This document shows, in pieces, positions 13,101 to 27,199 of a stretch of 64,000 nt of DNA (position 1 is its first letter; each line of letters begins with the position of its first letter). The stretch lies in NCBI RefSeq assembly GCF_009914755.1, contig NC_060931.1; one strand, given 5' to 3'. Below the pieces are notes generated by a model that had not been told where the DNA came from, made no database searches, and saw nothing but the letters and a program-made list of their open reading frames with translations. Position numbers and translations under genes: made by a program. The DNA is from the human T2T-CHM13v2.0 reference genome, Homo sapiens.

Positions 13101-16100
13101 TTTAGAAACACTCTGCTTGTTATGTCTGCAAGTGGATATTTGGACCTCTTTGAGGCCTTCGTTGCAAACGGGGTTTCTTCCTTTCATGCTAGACTAAGAA
13201 GAGTTCTCAGTAACTTTTTTGTGTTGTGTGTATTCAACTCACAGAGTTGAACCTTGCTTTAGAGAGAGCAGATTTGAAACACTCTTGTTGTGGCATTTTC
13301 AGGTGGAGATTTCAAGCGATTTGAGGACAATTGCAGAAAAGGAAATATCTTCGTATAATAACCAGACAGAATCATTCTCAGAAAGTGCTTTGTGATGTGT
13401 GCGTTCAACTCACAGAGTTTAACCTTTCTTTTCATAGAGGAGTTTGGAAACACACTGTTTGTAAAGTCTGCAAGTGGATACATGGACCTGTTTGAGGCCT
13501 TCGTTGGAAACGGGATTTCTTCATTGAATGCTAGACGGAAGAATTCTCAGTAAATTCTTTGTGTTGTGTGCATTCAACTCACAGAGTGGAACGTCCCTTT
13601 AGACAGAGCAGATTTGAAACACTCTTTTTGCGGAATTTGCAAGTGGAGATTTCTAGCCATTTGATGCCAACAGTAGAAAGGGAAATATCTTCAAATAAAA
13701 ACCAGACAGAATCATTCTCAGAAAATTCTTTGTGATGTGTGCGTTCAACTCACATAGTTTAACCTTTCTTTTCATAGAGCAGTTTGGAAACACTCTGTTT
13801 GTAAAGTCTGCAAGTGGATATATGGACCGCATTGAGGCCTTCGTTGGAAACGGGATTTCTTCATTTCATGCTAGACAGAAGAATTCTCAGTAACTTCTTT
13901 GTGCTGTGTGTATTCAACTCACAGAGTGGAACGTCCCTTTGCACAGAGCAGATTTGAAACACTCTTTTTGTGGAGTTTGCAAGTGGAGATTTCAAGCGAT
14001 TTGATGCCAACAGTAGAAAAGGAAATATCTTCAAATAAAAACTAGACAGAATCATTCTCAGAAACTACTTTGTGATGTGTGCCTTCAACTCACAGAGTTC
14101 AACCTTTCTTTTCTTAGAGCAGTTTAGAAACACTCTGCTTGTTATGTCTGCAAGTGGATATTTGGACCTCTTTGAGGCCTTCGTTGCAAACGGGGTTTCT
14201 TCCTTTCATGCTAGACTAAGAAGAGTTCGCAGTAACTTTTTTGTGTTGTGTGTATTCAACTCACAGAGTTGAACCTTGCTTTAGAGAGAGCAGATTTGAA
14301 ACACTCTTGCTGTGGCATTTTCAGGTGGAGATTTCAAGCGATTTGAGGACAATTGCAGAAAAGGAAATATCTTCGTATAATAACCAGACAGAATCATTCT
14401 CAGAAAGTGCTTTGTGATGTGTGCGTTCAACTCACAGAGTTTAACCTTTCTTTTCATAGAGGAGTTTGGAAACACACTGTTTGTAAAGTCTGCAAGTGGA
14501 TACATGGACCTGTTTGAGGCCTTCGTTGGAAACGGGATTTCTTCATTGAATGCTAGACGGAAGAATTCTCAGTAAATTCTTTGTGTTGTGTGCATTCAAC
14601 TCACAGAGTGGAACGTCCCTTTAGACAGAGCAGATTTGAAACACTCTTTTTGCGGAATTTGCAAGTGGAGATTTCTAGCCATTTGATGCCAACAGTAGAA
14701 AGGGAAATATCTTCAAATAAAAACCAGACAGAATCATCCTCAGAAAATTCTTTGTGATGTGTGCGTTCAACTCACATAGTTTAACCTTTCTTTTCATAGA
14801 GCAGTTTGGAAACACTCTGTTTGTAAAGTCTGCAAGTGGATATATGGACCGCATTGAGGCCTTCGTTGGAAACGGGATTTCTTCATTTCATGCTAGACAG
14901 AAGAATTCTCAGTAACTTCTTTGTGCTGTGTGTATTCAACTCACAGAGTGGAACGTCCCTTTGCACAGAGCAGATTTGAAACACTCTTTTTGTGGAGTTT
15001 GCAAGTGGAGATTTCAAGCGATTTGATGCCAACAGTAGAAAAGGAAATATCTTCAAATAAAAACTAGACAGAATCATTCTCAGAAACTACTTTGTGATGT
15101 GTGCCTTCAACTCACAGAGTTCAACCTTTCTTTTCTTAGAGCGGTTTAGAAACACTCTGCTTGTTATGTCTGCAAGTGGATATTTGGACCTCTTTGAGGC
15201 CTTCGTTGCAAACGGGGTTTCTTCCTTTCATGCTAGACTAAGAAGAGTTCTCAGTAACTTTTTTGTGTTGTGTGTATTCAACTCACAGAGTTGAACCTTG
15301 CTTTAGAGAGAGCAGATTTGAAACACTCTTGCTGTGGCATTTTCAGGTGGAGATTTCAAGCGATTTGAGGACAATTGCAGAAAAGGAAATATCTTCGTAT
15401 AATAACCAGACAGAATCATTCTCAGAAAGTGCTTTGTGATGTGTGCGTTCAACTCACAGAGTTTAACCTTTCTTTTCATAGAGGAGTTTGGAAACACACT
15501 GTTTGTAAAGTCTGCAAGTGGATATATGGACCTGTTTGAGGCCTTCGTTGGAAACGGGATTTCTTCATTGAATGCTAGACGGAAGAATTCTCAGTAAATT
15601 CTTTGTGTTGTGTGCATTCAACTCACAGAGTGGAACGTCCCTTTAGACAGAGCAGATTTGAAACACTCTTTTTGCGGAATTTGCAAGTGGAGATTTCTAG
15701 CCATTTGATGCCAACAGTAGAAAGGGAAATATCTTCAAATAAAAACCAGACAGAATCATTCTCAGAAAATTCTTTGTGATGTGTGCGTTCAACTCACATA
15801 GTTTAACCTTTCTTTTCATAGAGCAGTTTGGAAACACTCTGTTTGTAAAGTCTGCAAGTGGATATATGGACCGCATTGAGGCCTTCGTTGGAAACGGGAT
15901 TTCTTCATTTCATGCTAGACAGAAGAATTCTCAGTAACTTCTTTGTGCTGTGTGTATTCAACTCACAGAGTGGAACGTCCCTTTACACAGAGCAGATTTG
16001 AAACACTCTTTTTGTGGAGTTTGCAAGTGGAGATTTCAAGCGATTTGATGCCAACAGTAGAAAAGGAAATATCTTCAAATAAAAACTAGACAGAATCATT

Positions 16101-19100
16101 CTCAGAAACTACTTTGTGATGTGTGCCTTCAACTCACAGAGTTTAACCTTTCTTTTCTTAGAGCAGTTTAGAAACACTCTGCTTGTTACGTCTGCAAGTG
16201 GATATTTGGACCTCTTTGAGGCCTTCGTTGCAAACGGGGTTTCTTCCTTTCATGCTAGACTAAGAAGAGTTCTCAGTAACTTTTTTGTGTTGTGTGTATT
16301 CAACTCACAGAGTTGAACCTTGCTTTAGAGAGAGCAGATTTGAAACACTCTTGTTGTGGCATTTTCAGGTGGAGATTTCAAGCGATTTGAGGACAATTGC
16401 AGAAAAGGAAATATCTTCGTATAATAACCAGACAGAATCATTCTCAGAAAGTGCTTTGTGATGTGTGCGTTCAACTCACAGAGTTTAACCTTTCTTTTCA
16501 TAGAGGAGTTTGGAAACACACTGTTTGTAAAGTCTGCAAGTGGATACATGGACCTGTTTGAGGCCTTCGTTGGAAACGGGATTTCTTCATTGAATGCTAG
16601 ACGGAAGAATTCTCAGTAAATTCTTTGTGTTGTGTGCATTCAACTCACAGAGTGGAACGTCCCTTTAGACAGAGCAGATTTGAAACACTCTTTTTGCGGA
16701 ATTTGCAAGTGGAGATTTCTAGCCATTTGATGCCAACAGTAGAAAGGGAAATATCTTCAAATAAAAACCAGACAGAATCATTCTCAGAAAATTCTTTGTG
16801 ATGTGTGCGTTCAACTCACATAGTTTAACCTTTCTTTTCATAGAGCAGTTTGGAAACACTCTGTTTGTAAAGTCTGCAAGTGGATATATGGACCGCATTG
16901 AGGCCTTCGTTGGAAACGGGATTTCTTCATTTCATGCTAGACAGAAGAATTCTCAGTAACTTCTTTGTGCTGTGTGTATTCAACTCACAGAGTGGAACGT
17001 CCCTTTGCACAGAGCAGATTTGAAACACTCTTTTTGTGGAGTTTGCCAGTGGAGATTTCAAGCGATTTGATGCCAACAGTAGAAAAGGAAATATCTTCAA
17101 ATAAAAACTAGACAGAATCATTCTCAGAAACTACTTTGTGATGTGTGCCTTCAACTCACAGAGTTCAACCTTTCTTTTCTTAGAGCAGTTTAGAAACACT
17201 CTGCTTGTTATGTCTGCAAGTGGATATTTGGACCTCTTTGAGGCCTTCGTTGCAAACGGGGTTTCTTCCTTTCATGCTAGACTAAGAAGAGTTCTCAGTA
17301 ACTTTTTTGTGTTGTGTGTATTCAACTCACAGAGTTGAACCTTGCTTTAGAGAGAGCAGATTTGAAACACTCTTGTTGTGGCATTTTCAGGTGGAGATTT
17401 CAAGCGATTTGAGGACAATTGCAGAAAAGGAAATATCTTCGTATAATAACCAGACAGAATCATTCTCAGAAAGTGCTTTGTGATGTGTGCGTTCAACTCA
17501 CAGAGTTTAACCTTTCTTTTCATAGAGGAGTTTGGAAACACACTGTTTGTAAAGTCTGCAAGTGGATACATGGACCTGTTTGAGGCCTTCGTTGGAAACG
17601 GGATTTCTTCATTGAATGCTAGACGGAAGAATTCTCAGTAAATTCTTTGTGTTGTGTGCATTCAACTCACAGAGTGGAACGTCCCTTTAGACAGAGCAGA
17701 TTTGAAACACTCTTTTTGCGGAATTTGCAAGTGGAGATTTCTAGCCATTTGATGCCAACAGTAGAAAGGGAAATATCTTCAAATAAAAACCAGACAGAAT
17801 CATTCTCAGAAAATTCTTTGTGATGTGTGCGTTCAACTCACATAGTTTAACCTTTCTTTTCATAGAGCAGTTTGGAAACACTCTGTTTGTAAAGTCTGCA
17901 AGTGGATATATGGACCGCATTGAGGCCTTCGTTGGAAACGGGATTTCTTCATTTCATGCTAGACAGAAGAATTCTCAGTAACTTCTTTGTGCTGTGTGTA
18001 TTCAACTCACAGAGTGGAACGTCCCTTTGCACAGAGCAGATTTGAAACACTCTTTTTGTGGAGTTTGCAAGTGGAGATTTCAAGCGATTTGATGCCAACA
18101 GTAGAAAAGGAAATATCTTCAAATAAAAACTAGACAGAATCATTCTCAGAAACTACTTTGTGATGTGTGCCTTCAACTCACAGAGTTCAACCTTTCTTTT
18201 CTTAGAGCAGTTTAGAAACACTCTGCTTGTTATGTCTGCAAGTGGATATTTGGACCTCTTTGAGGCCTTCGTTGCAAACGGGGTTTCTTCCTTTCATGCT
18301 AGACTAAGAAGAGTTCTCAGTAACTTTTTTGTGTTGTGTGTATTCAACTCACAGAGTTGAACCTTGCTTTAGAGAGAGCAGATTTGAAACACTCTTGCTG
18401 TGGCATTTTCAGGTGGAGATTTCAAGCGATTTGAGGACAATTGCAGAAAAGGAAATATCTTCGTATAATAACCAGACAGAATCATTCTCAGAAAGTGCTT
18501 TGTGATGTGTGCGTTCAACTCACAGAGTTTAACCTTTCTTTTCATAGAGGAGTTTGGAAACACACTGTTTGTAAAGTCTGCAAGTGGATACATGGACCTG
18601 TTTGAGGCCTTCGTTGGAAACGGGATTTCTTCATTGAATGCTAGACGGAAGAATTCTCAGTAAATTCTTTGTGTTGTGTGCATTCAACTCACAGAGTGGA
18701 ACGTCCCTTTAGACAGAGCAGATTTGAAACACTCTTTTTGCGGAATTTGCAAGTGGAGATTTCTAGCCATTTGATGCCAACAGTAGAAAGGGAAATATCT
18801 TCAAATAAAAACCAGACAGAATCATCCTCAGAAAATTCTTTGTGATATGTGCGTTCAACTCACATAGTTTAACCTTTCTTTTCATAGAGCAGTTTGGAAA
18901 CACTCTGTTTGTAAAGTCTGCAAGTGGATATATGGACCGCATTGAGGCCTTCGTTGGAAACGGGATTTCTTCATTTCATGCTAGACAGAAGAATTCTCAG
19001 TAACTTCTTTGTGCTGTGTGTATTCAACTCACAGAGTGGAACGTCCCTTTGCACAGAGCAGATTTGAAACACTCTTTTTGTGGAGTTTGCAAGTGGAGAT

Positions 19101-22100
19101 TTCAAGCGATTTGATGCCAACAGTAGAAAAGGAAATATCTTCAAATAAAAACTAGACAGAATCATTCTCAGAAACTACTTTGTGATGTGTGCCTTCAACT
19201 CACAGAGTTCAACCTTTCTTTTCTTAGAGCAGTTTAGAAACACTCTGCTTGTTATGTCTGCAAGTGGATATTTGGACCTCTTTGAGGCCTTCGTTGCAAA
19301 CGGGGTTTCTTCCTTTCATGCTAGACTAAGAAGAGTTCTCAGTAACTTTTTTGTGTTGTGTGTATTCAACTCACAGAGTTGAACCTTGCTTTAGAGAGAG
19401 CAGATTTGAAACACTCTTGCTGTGGCATTTTCAGGTGGAGATTTCAAGCGATTTGAGGACAATTGCAGAAAAGGAAATATCTTCGTATAATAACCAGACA
19501 GAATCATTCTCAGAAAGTGCTTTGTGATGTGTGCGTTCAACTCACAGAGTTTAACCTTTCTTTTCATAGAGGAGTTTGGAAACACACTGTTTGTAAAGTC
19601 TGCAAGTGGATATATGGACCTGTTTGAGGCCTTCGTTGGAAACGGGATTTCTTCATTGAATGCTAGACGGAAGAATTCTCAGTAAATTCTTTGTGTTGTG
19701 TGCATTCAACTCACAGAGTGGAACGTCCCTTTAGACAGAGCAGATTTGAAACACTCTTTTTGCGGAATTTGCAAGTGGAGATTTCTAGCCATTTGATGCC
19801 AACAGTAGAAAGGGAAATATCTTCAAATAAAAACCAGACAGAATCATTCTCAGAAAATTCTTTGTGATGTGTGCGTTCAACTCACATAGTTTAACCTTTC
19901 TTTTCATAGAGCAGTTTGGAAACACTCTGTTTGTAAAGTCTGCAAGTGGATATATGGACCGCATTGAGGCCTTCGTTGGAAACGGGATTTCTTCATTTCA
20001 TGCTAGACAGAAGAATTCTCAGTAACTTCTTTGTGCTGTGTGTATTCAACTCACAGAGTGGAACGTCCCTTTACACAGAGCAGATTTGAAACACTCTTTT
20101 TGTGGAGTTTGCAAGTGGAGATTTCAAGCGATTTGATGCCAACAGTAGAAAAGGAAATATCTTCAAATAAAAACTAGACAGAATCATTCTCAGAAACTAC
20201 TTTGTGATGTGTGCCTTCAACTCACAGAGTTTAACCTTTCTTTTCTTAGAGCAGTTTAGAAACACTCTGCTTGTTACGTCTGCAAGTGGATATTTGGACC
20301 TCTTTGAGGCCTTCGTTGCAAACGGGGTTTCTTCCTTTCATGCTAGACTAAGAAGAGTTCTCAGTAACTTTTTTGTGTTGTGTGTATTCAACTCACAGAG
20401 TTGAACCTTGCTTTAGAGAGAGCAGATTTGAAACACTCTTGTTGTGGCATTTTCAGGTGGAGATTTCAAGCGATTTGAGGACAATTGCAGAAAAGGAAAT
20501 ATCTTCGTATAATAACCAGACAGAATCATTCTCAGAAAGTGCTTTGTGATGTGTGCGTTCAACTCACAGAGTTTAACCTTTCTTTTCATAGAGGAGTTTG
20601 GAAACACACTGTTTGTAAAGTCTGCAAGTGGATACATGGACCTGTTTGAGGCCTTCGTTGGAAACGGGATTTCTTCATTGAATGCTAGACGGAAGAATTC
20701 TCAGTAAATTCTTTGTGTTGTGTGCATTCAACTCACAGAGTGGAACGTCCCTTTAGACAGAGCAGATTTGAAACACTCTTTTTGCGGAATTTGCAAGTGG
20801 AGATTTCTAGCCATTTGATGCCAACAGTAGAAAGGGAAATATCTTCAAATAAAAACCAGACAGAATCATTCTCAGAAAATTCTTTGTGATGTGTGCGTTC
20901 AACTCACATAGTTTAACCTTTCTTTTCATAGAGCAGTTTGGAAACACTCTGTTTGTAAAGTCTGCAAGTGGATATATGGACCGCATTGAGGCCTTCGTTG
21001 GAAACGGGATTTCTTCATTTCATGCTAGACAGAAGAATTCTCAGTAACTTCTTTGTGCTGTGTGTATTCAACTCACAGAGTGGAACGTCCCTTTGCACAG
21101 AGCAGATTTGAAACACTCTTTTTGTGGAGTTTGCAAGTGGAGATTTCAAGCGATTTGATGCCAACAGTAGAAAAGGAAATATCTTCAAATAAAAACTAGA
21201 CAGAATCATTCTCAGAAACTACTTTGTGATGTGTGCCTTCAACTCACAGAGTTCAACCTTTCTTTTCTTAGAGCAGTTTAGAAACACTCTGCTTGTTATG
21301 TCTGCAAGTGGATATTTGGACCTCTTTGAGGCCTTCGTTGCAAACGGGGTTTCTTCCTTTCATGCTAGACTAAGAAGAGTTCTCAGTAACTTTTTTGTGT
21401 TGTGTGTATTCAACTCACAGAGTTGAACCTTGCTTTAGAGAGAGCAGATTTGAAACACTCTTGCTGTGGCATTTTCAGGTGGAGATTTCAAGCGATTTGA
21501 GGACAATTGCAGAAAAGGAAATATCTTCGTATAATAACCAGACAGAATCATTCTCAGAAAGTGCTTTGTGATGTGTGCGTTCAACTCACAGAGTTTAACC
21601 TTTCTTTTCATAGAGGAGTTTGGAAACACACTGTTTGTAAAGTCTGCAAGTGGATACATGGACCTGTTTGAGGCCTTCGTTGGAAACGGGATTTCTTCAT
21701 TGAATGCTAGACGGAAGAATTCTCAGTAAATTCTTTGTGTTGTGTGCATTCAACTCACAGAGTGGAACGTCCCTTTAGACAGAGCAGATTTGAAACACTC
21801 TTTTTGCGGAATTTGCAAGTGGAGATTTCTAGCCATTTGATGCCAACAGTAGAAAGGGAAATATCTTCAAATAAAAACCAGACAGAATCATCCTCAGAAA
21901 ATTCTTTGTGATGTGTGCGTTCAACTCACATAGTTTAACCTTTCTTTTCATAGAGCAGTTTGGAAACACTCTGTTTGTAAAGTCTGCAAGTGGATATATG
22001 GACCGCATTGAGGCCTTCGTTGGAAACGGGATTTCTTCATTTCATGCTAGACAGAAGAATTCTCAGTAACTTCTTTGTGCTGTGTGTATTCAACTCACAG

Positions 22101-25100
22101 AGTGGAACGTCCCTTTGCACAGAGCAGATTTGAAACACTCTTTTTGTGGAGTTTGCAAGTGGAGATTTCAAGCGATTTGATGCCAACAGTAGAAAAGGAA
22201 ATATCTTCAAATAAAAACTAGACAGAATCATTCTCAGAAACTACTTTGTGATGTGTGCCTTCAACTCACAGAGTTCAACCTTTCTTTTCTTAGAGCAGTT
22301 TAGAAACACTCTGCTTGTTATGTCTGCAAGTGGATATTTGGACCTCTTTGAGGCCTTCGTTGCAAACGGGGTTTCTTCCTTTCATGCTAGACTAAGAAGA
22401 GTTCTCAGTAACTTTTTTGTGTTGTGTGTATTCAACTCACAGAGTTGAACCTTGCTTTAGAGAGAGCAGATTTGAAACACTCTTGCTGTGGCATTTTCAG
22501 GTGGAGATTTCAAGCGATTTGAGGACAATTGCAGAAAAGGAAATATCTTCGTATAATAACCAGACAGAATCATTCTCAGAAAGTGCTTTGTGATGTGTGC
22601 GTTCAACTCACAGAGTTTAACCTTTCTTTTCATAGAGGAGTTTGGAAACACACTGTTTGTAAAGTCTGCAAGTGGATATATGGACCTGTTTGAGGCCTTC
22701 GTTGGAAACGGGATTTCTTCATTGAATGCTAGACGGAAGAATTCTCAGTAAATTCTTTGTGTTGTGTGCATTCAACTCACAGAGTGGAACGTCCCTTTAG
22801 ACAGAGCAGATTTGAAACACTCTTTTTGCGGAATTTGCAAGTGGAGATTTCTAGCCATTTGATGCCAACAGTAGAAAGGGAAATATCTTCAAATAAAAAC
22901 CAGACAGAATCATTCTCAGAAAATTCTTTGTGATGTGTGCGTTCAACTCACATAGTTTAACCTTTCTTTTCATAGAGCAGTTTGGAAACACTCTGTTTGT
23001 AAAGTCTGCAAGTGGATATATGGACCGCATTGAGGCCTTCGTTGGAAACGGGATTTCTTCATTTCATGCTAGACAGAAGAATTCTCAGTAACTTCTTTGT
23101 GCTGTGTGTATTCAACTCACAGAGTGGAACGTCCCTTTACACAGAGCAGATTTGAAACACTCTTTTTGTGGAGTTTGCAAGTGGAGATTTCAAGCGATTT
23201 GATGCCAACAGTAGAAAAGGAAATATCTTCAAATAAAAACTAGACAGAATCATTCTCAGAAACTACTTTGTGATGTGTGCCTTCAACTCACAGAGTTTAA
23301 CCTTTCTTTTCTTAGAGCAGTTTAGAAACACTCTGCTTGTTACGTCTGCAAGTGGATATTTGGACCTCTTTGAGGCCTTCGTTGCAAACGGGGTTTCTTC
23401 CTTTCATGCTAGACTAAGAAGAGTTCTCAGTAACTTTTTTGTGTTGTGTGTATTCAACTCACAGAGTTGAACCTTGCTTTAGAGAGAGCAGATTTGAAAC
23501 ACTCTTGCTGTGGCATTTTCAGGTGGAGATTTCAAGCGATTTGAGGACAATTGCAGAAAAGGAAATATCTTCGTATAATAACCAGACAGAATCATTCTCA
23601 GAAAGTGCTTTGTGATGTGTGCGTTCAACTCACAGAGTTTAACCTTTCTTTTCATAGAGGAGTTTGGAAACACACTGTTTGTAAAGTCTGCAAGTGGATA
23701 TATGGACCTGTTTGAGGCCTTCGTTGGAAACGGGATTTCTTCATTGAATGCTAGACGGAAGAATTCTCAGTAAATTCTTTGTGTTGTGTGCATTCAACTC
23801 ACAGAGTGGAACGTCCCTTTAGACAGAGCAGATTTGAAACACTCTTTTTGCGGAATTTGCAAGTGGAGATTTCTAGCCATTTGATGCCAACAGTAGAAAG
23901 GGAAATATCTTCAAATAAAAACCAGACAGAATCATTCTCAGAAAATTCTTTGTGATGTGTGCGTTCAACTCACATAGTTTAACCTTTCTTTTCATAGAGC
24001 AGTTTGGAAACACTCTGTTTGTAAAGTCTGCAAGTGGATATATGGACCGCATTGAGGCCTTCGTTGGAAACGGGATTTCTTCATTTCATGCTAGACAGAA
24101 GAATTCTCAGTAACTTCTTTGTGCTGTGTGTATTCAACTCACAGAGTGGAACGTCCCTTTACACAGAGCAGATTTGAAACACTCTTTTTGTGGAGTTTGC
24201 AAGTGGAGATTTCAAGCGATTTGATGCCAACAGTAGAAAAGGAAATATCTTCAAATAAAAACTAGACAGAATCATTCTCAGAAACTACTTTGTGATGTGT
24301 GCCTTCAACTCACAGAGTTTAACCTTTCTTTTCTTAGAGCAGTTTAGAAACACTCTGCTTGTTATGTCTGCAAGTGGATATTTGGACCTCTTTGAGGCCT
24401 TCGTTGCTAACGGGGTTTCTTCCTTTCATGCTAGACTAAGAAGAGTTCTCAGTAACTATTTTGTGTTGTGTGTATTCAACTCACAGAGTTGAACCTTGCT
24501 TTAGAGAGAGCAGATTTGAAACACTCTTGCTGTGGCATTTTCAGGTGGAGATTTCAAGCGATTTGAGGACAATTGCAGAAAAGGAAATATCTTCGTATAA
24601 TAACCAGACAGAATCATTCTCAGAAAGTGCTTTGTGATGTGTGCGTTCAACTCACAGAGTTTAACCTTTCTTTTCATAGAGGAGTTTGGAAACACACTGT
24701 TTGTAAAGTCTGCAAGTGGATATATGGACCTGTTTGAGGCCTTCGTTGGAAACGGGATTTCTTCATTGAATGCTAGACGGAAGAATTCTCAGTAAATTCT
24801 TTGTGTTGTGTGCATTCAACTCACAGAGTGGAACGTCCCTTTAGACAGAGCAGATTTGAAACACTCTTTTTGCGGAATTTGCAAGTGGAGATTTCTAGCC
24901 ATTTGATGCCAACAGTAGAAAGGGAAATATCTTCAAATAAAAAACAGACAGAATCATTCTCAGAAAATTCTTTGTGATGTGTGCGTTCAACTCACATAGT
25001 TTAACCTTTCTTTTCATAGAGCAGTTTGGAAACACTCTGTTTGTAAAGTCTGCAAGTGGATATATGGACCGCATTGAGGCCTTCGTTGGAAACGGGATTT

Positions 25101-27199
25101 CTTCATTTCATGCTAGACAGAAGAATTCTCAGTAACTTCTTTGTGCTGTGTGTATTCAACTCACAGAGTGGAACGTCCCTTTGCACAGAGCAGATTTGAA
25201 ACACTCTTTTTGTGGAGTTTGCAAGTGGAGATTTCAAGCGATTTGATGCCTACAGTAGAAAAGGAAATATCTTCAAATAAAAACTAGACAGAATCATTCT
25301 CAGAAACTACTTTGTGATGTGTGCCTTCAACTCACAGAGTTTAACCTTTCTTTTCTTAGAGCAGTTTAGAAACACTCTGCTTGTTATGTCTGCAAGTGGA
25401 TATTTGGACCTCTTTGAGGCCTTCGTTGCAAACGGGGTTTCTTCCTTTCATGCTAGACTAAGAAGAGTTCTCAGTAACTTTTTTGTGTTGTGTGTATTCA
25501 ACTCACAGAGTTGAACCTTGCTTTAGAGAGAGCAGATTTGAAACACTCTTGCTGTGGCATTTTCAGGTGGAGATTTCAAGCGATTTGAGGACAATTGCAG
25601 AAAAGGAAATATCTTCGTATAATAACCAGACAGAATCATTCTCAGAAAGTGCTTTGTGATGTGTGCGTTCAACTCACAGAGTTTAACCTTTCTTTTCATA
25701 GAGGAGTTTGGAAACACACTGTTTGTAAAGTCTGCAAGTGGATATATGGACCTGTTTGAGGCCTTCGTTGGAAACGGGATTTCTTCATTGAATGCTAGAC
25801 GGAAGAATTCTCAGTAAATTCTTTGTGTTGTGTGCATTCAACTCACAGAGTGGAACGTCCCTTTAGACAGAGCAGATTTGAAACACTCTTTTTGCGGAAT
25901 TTGCAAGTGGAGATTTCTAGCCATTTGATGCCAACAGTAGAAAGGGAAATATCTTCAAATAAAAACCAGACAGAATCATTCTCAGAAAATTCTTTGTGAT
26001 GTGTGCGTTCAACTCACATAGTTTAACCTTTCTTTTCATAGAGCAGTTTGGAAACACTCTGTTTGTAAAGTCTGCAAGTGGATATATGGACCGCATTGAG
26101 GCCTTCGTTGGAAACGGGATTTCTTCATTTCATGCTAGACAGAAGAATTCTCAGTAACTTCTTTGTGCTGTGTGTATTCAACTCACAGAGTGGAACGTCC
26201 CTTTGCACAGAGCAGATTTGAAACACTCTTTTTGTGGAGTTTGCAAGTGGAGATTTCAAGCGATTTGATGCCAACAGTAGAAAAGGAAATATCTTCAAAT
26301 AAAAACTAGACAGAATCATTCTCAGAAACTACTTTGTGATGTGTGCCTTCAACTCACAGAGTTCAACCTTTCTTTTCTTAGAGCAGTTTAGAAACACTCT
26401 GCTTGTTATGTCTGCAAGTGGATATTTGGACCTCTTTGAGGCCTTCGTTGCAAACGGGGTTTCTTCCTTTCATGCTAGACTAAGAAGAGTTCTCAGTAAC
26501 TTTTTTGTGTTGTGTGTATTCAACTCACAGAGTTGAACCTTGCTTTAGAGAGAGCAGATTTGAAACACTCTTGCTGTGGCATTTTCAGGTGGAGATTTCA
26601 AGCGATTTGAGGACAATTGCAGAAAAGGAAATATCTTCGTATAATAACCAGACAGAATCATTCTCAGAAAGTGCTTTGTGATGTGTGCGTTCAACTCACA
26701 GAGTTTAACCTTTCTTTTCATAGAGGAGTTTGGAAACACACTGTTTGTAAAGTCTGCAAGTGGATATATGGACCTGTTTGAGGCCTTCGTTGGAAACGGG
26801 ATTTCTTCATTGAATGCTAGACGGAAGAATTCTCAGTAAATTCTTTGTGTTGTGTGCATTCAACTCACAGAGTGGAACGTCCCTTTAGACAGAGCAGATT
26901 TGAAACACTCTTTTTGCGGAATTTGCAAGTGGAGATTTCTAGCCATTTGATGCCAACAGTAGAAAGGGAAATATCTTCAAATAAAAACCAGACAGAATCA
27001 TTCTCAGAAAATACTTTGTGATATGTGCGTTCAACTCACATAGTTTAACCTTTCTTTTCATAGAGCAGTTTGGAAACACTCTGTTTGTAAAGTCTGCAAG
27101 TGGATATATGGACCGCATTGAGGCCTTCGTTGGAAACGGGATTTCTTCATTTCATGCTAGACAGAAGAATTCTCAGTAACTTCTTTGTGCTGTGTGTAT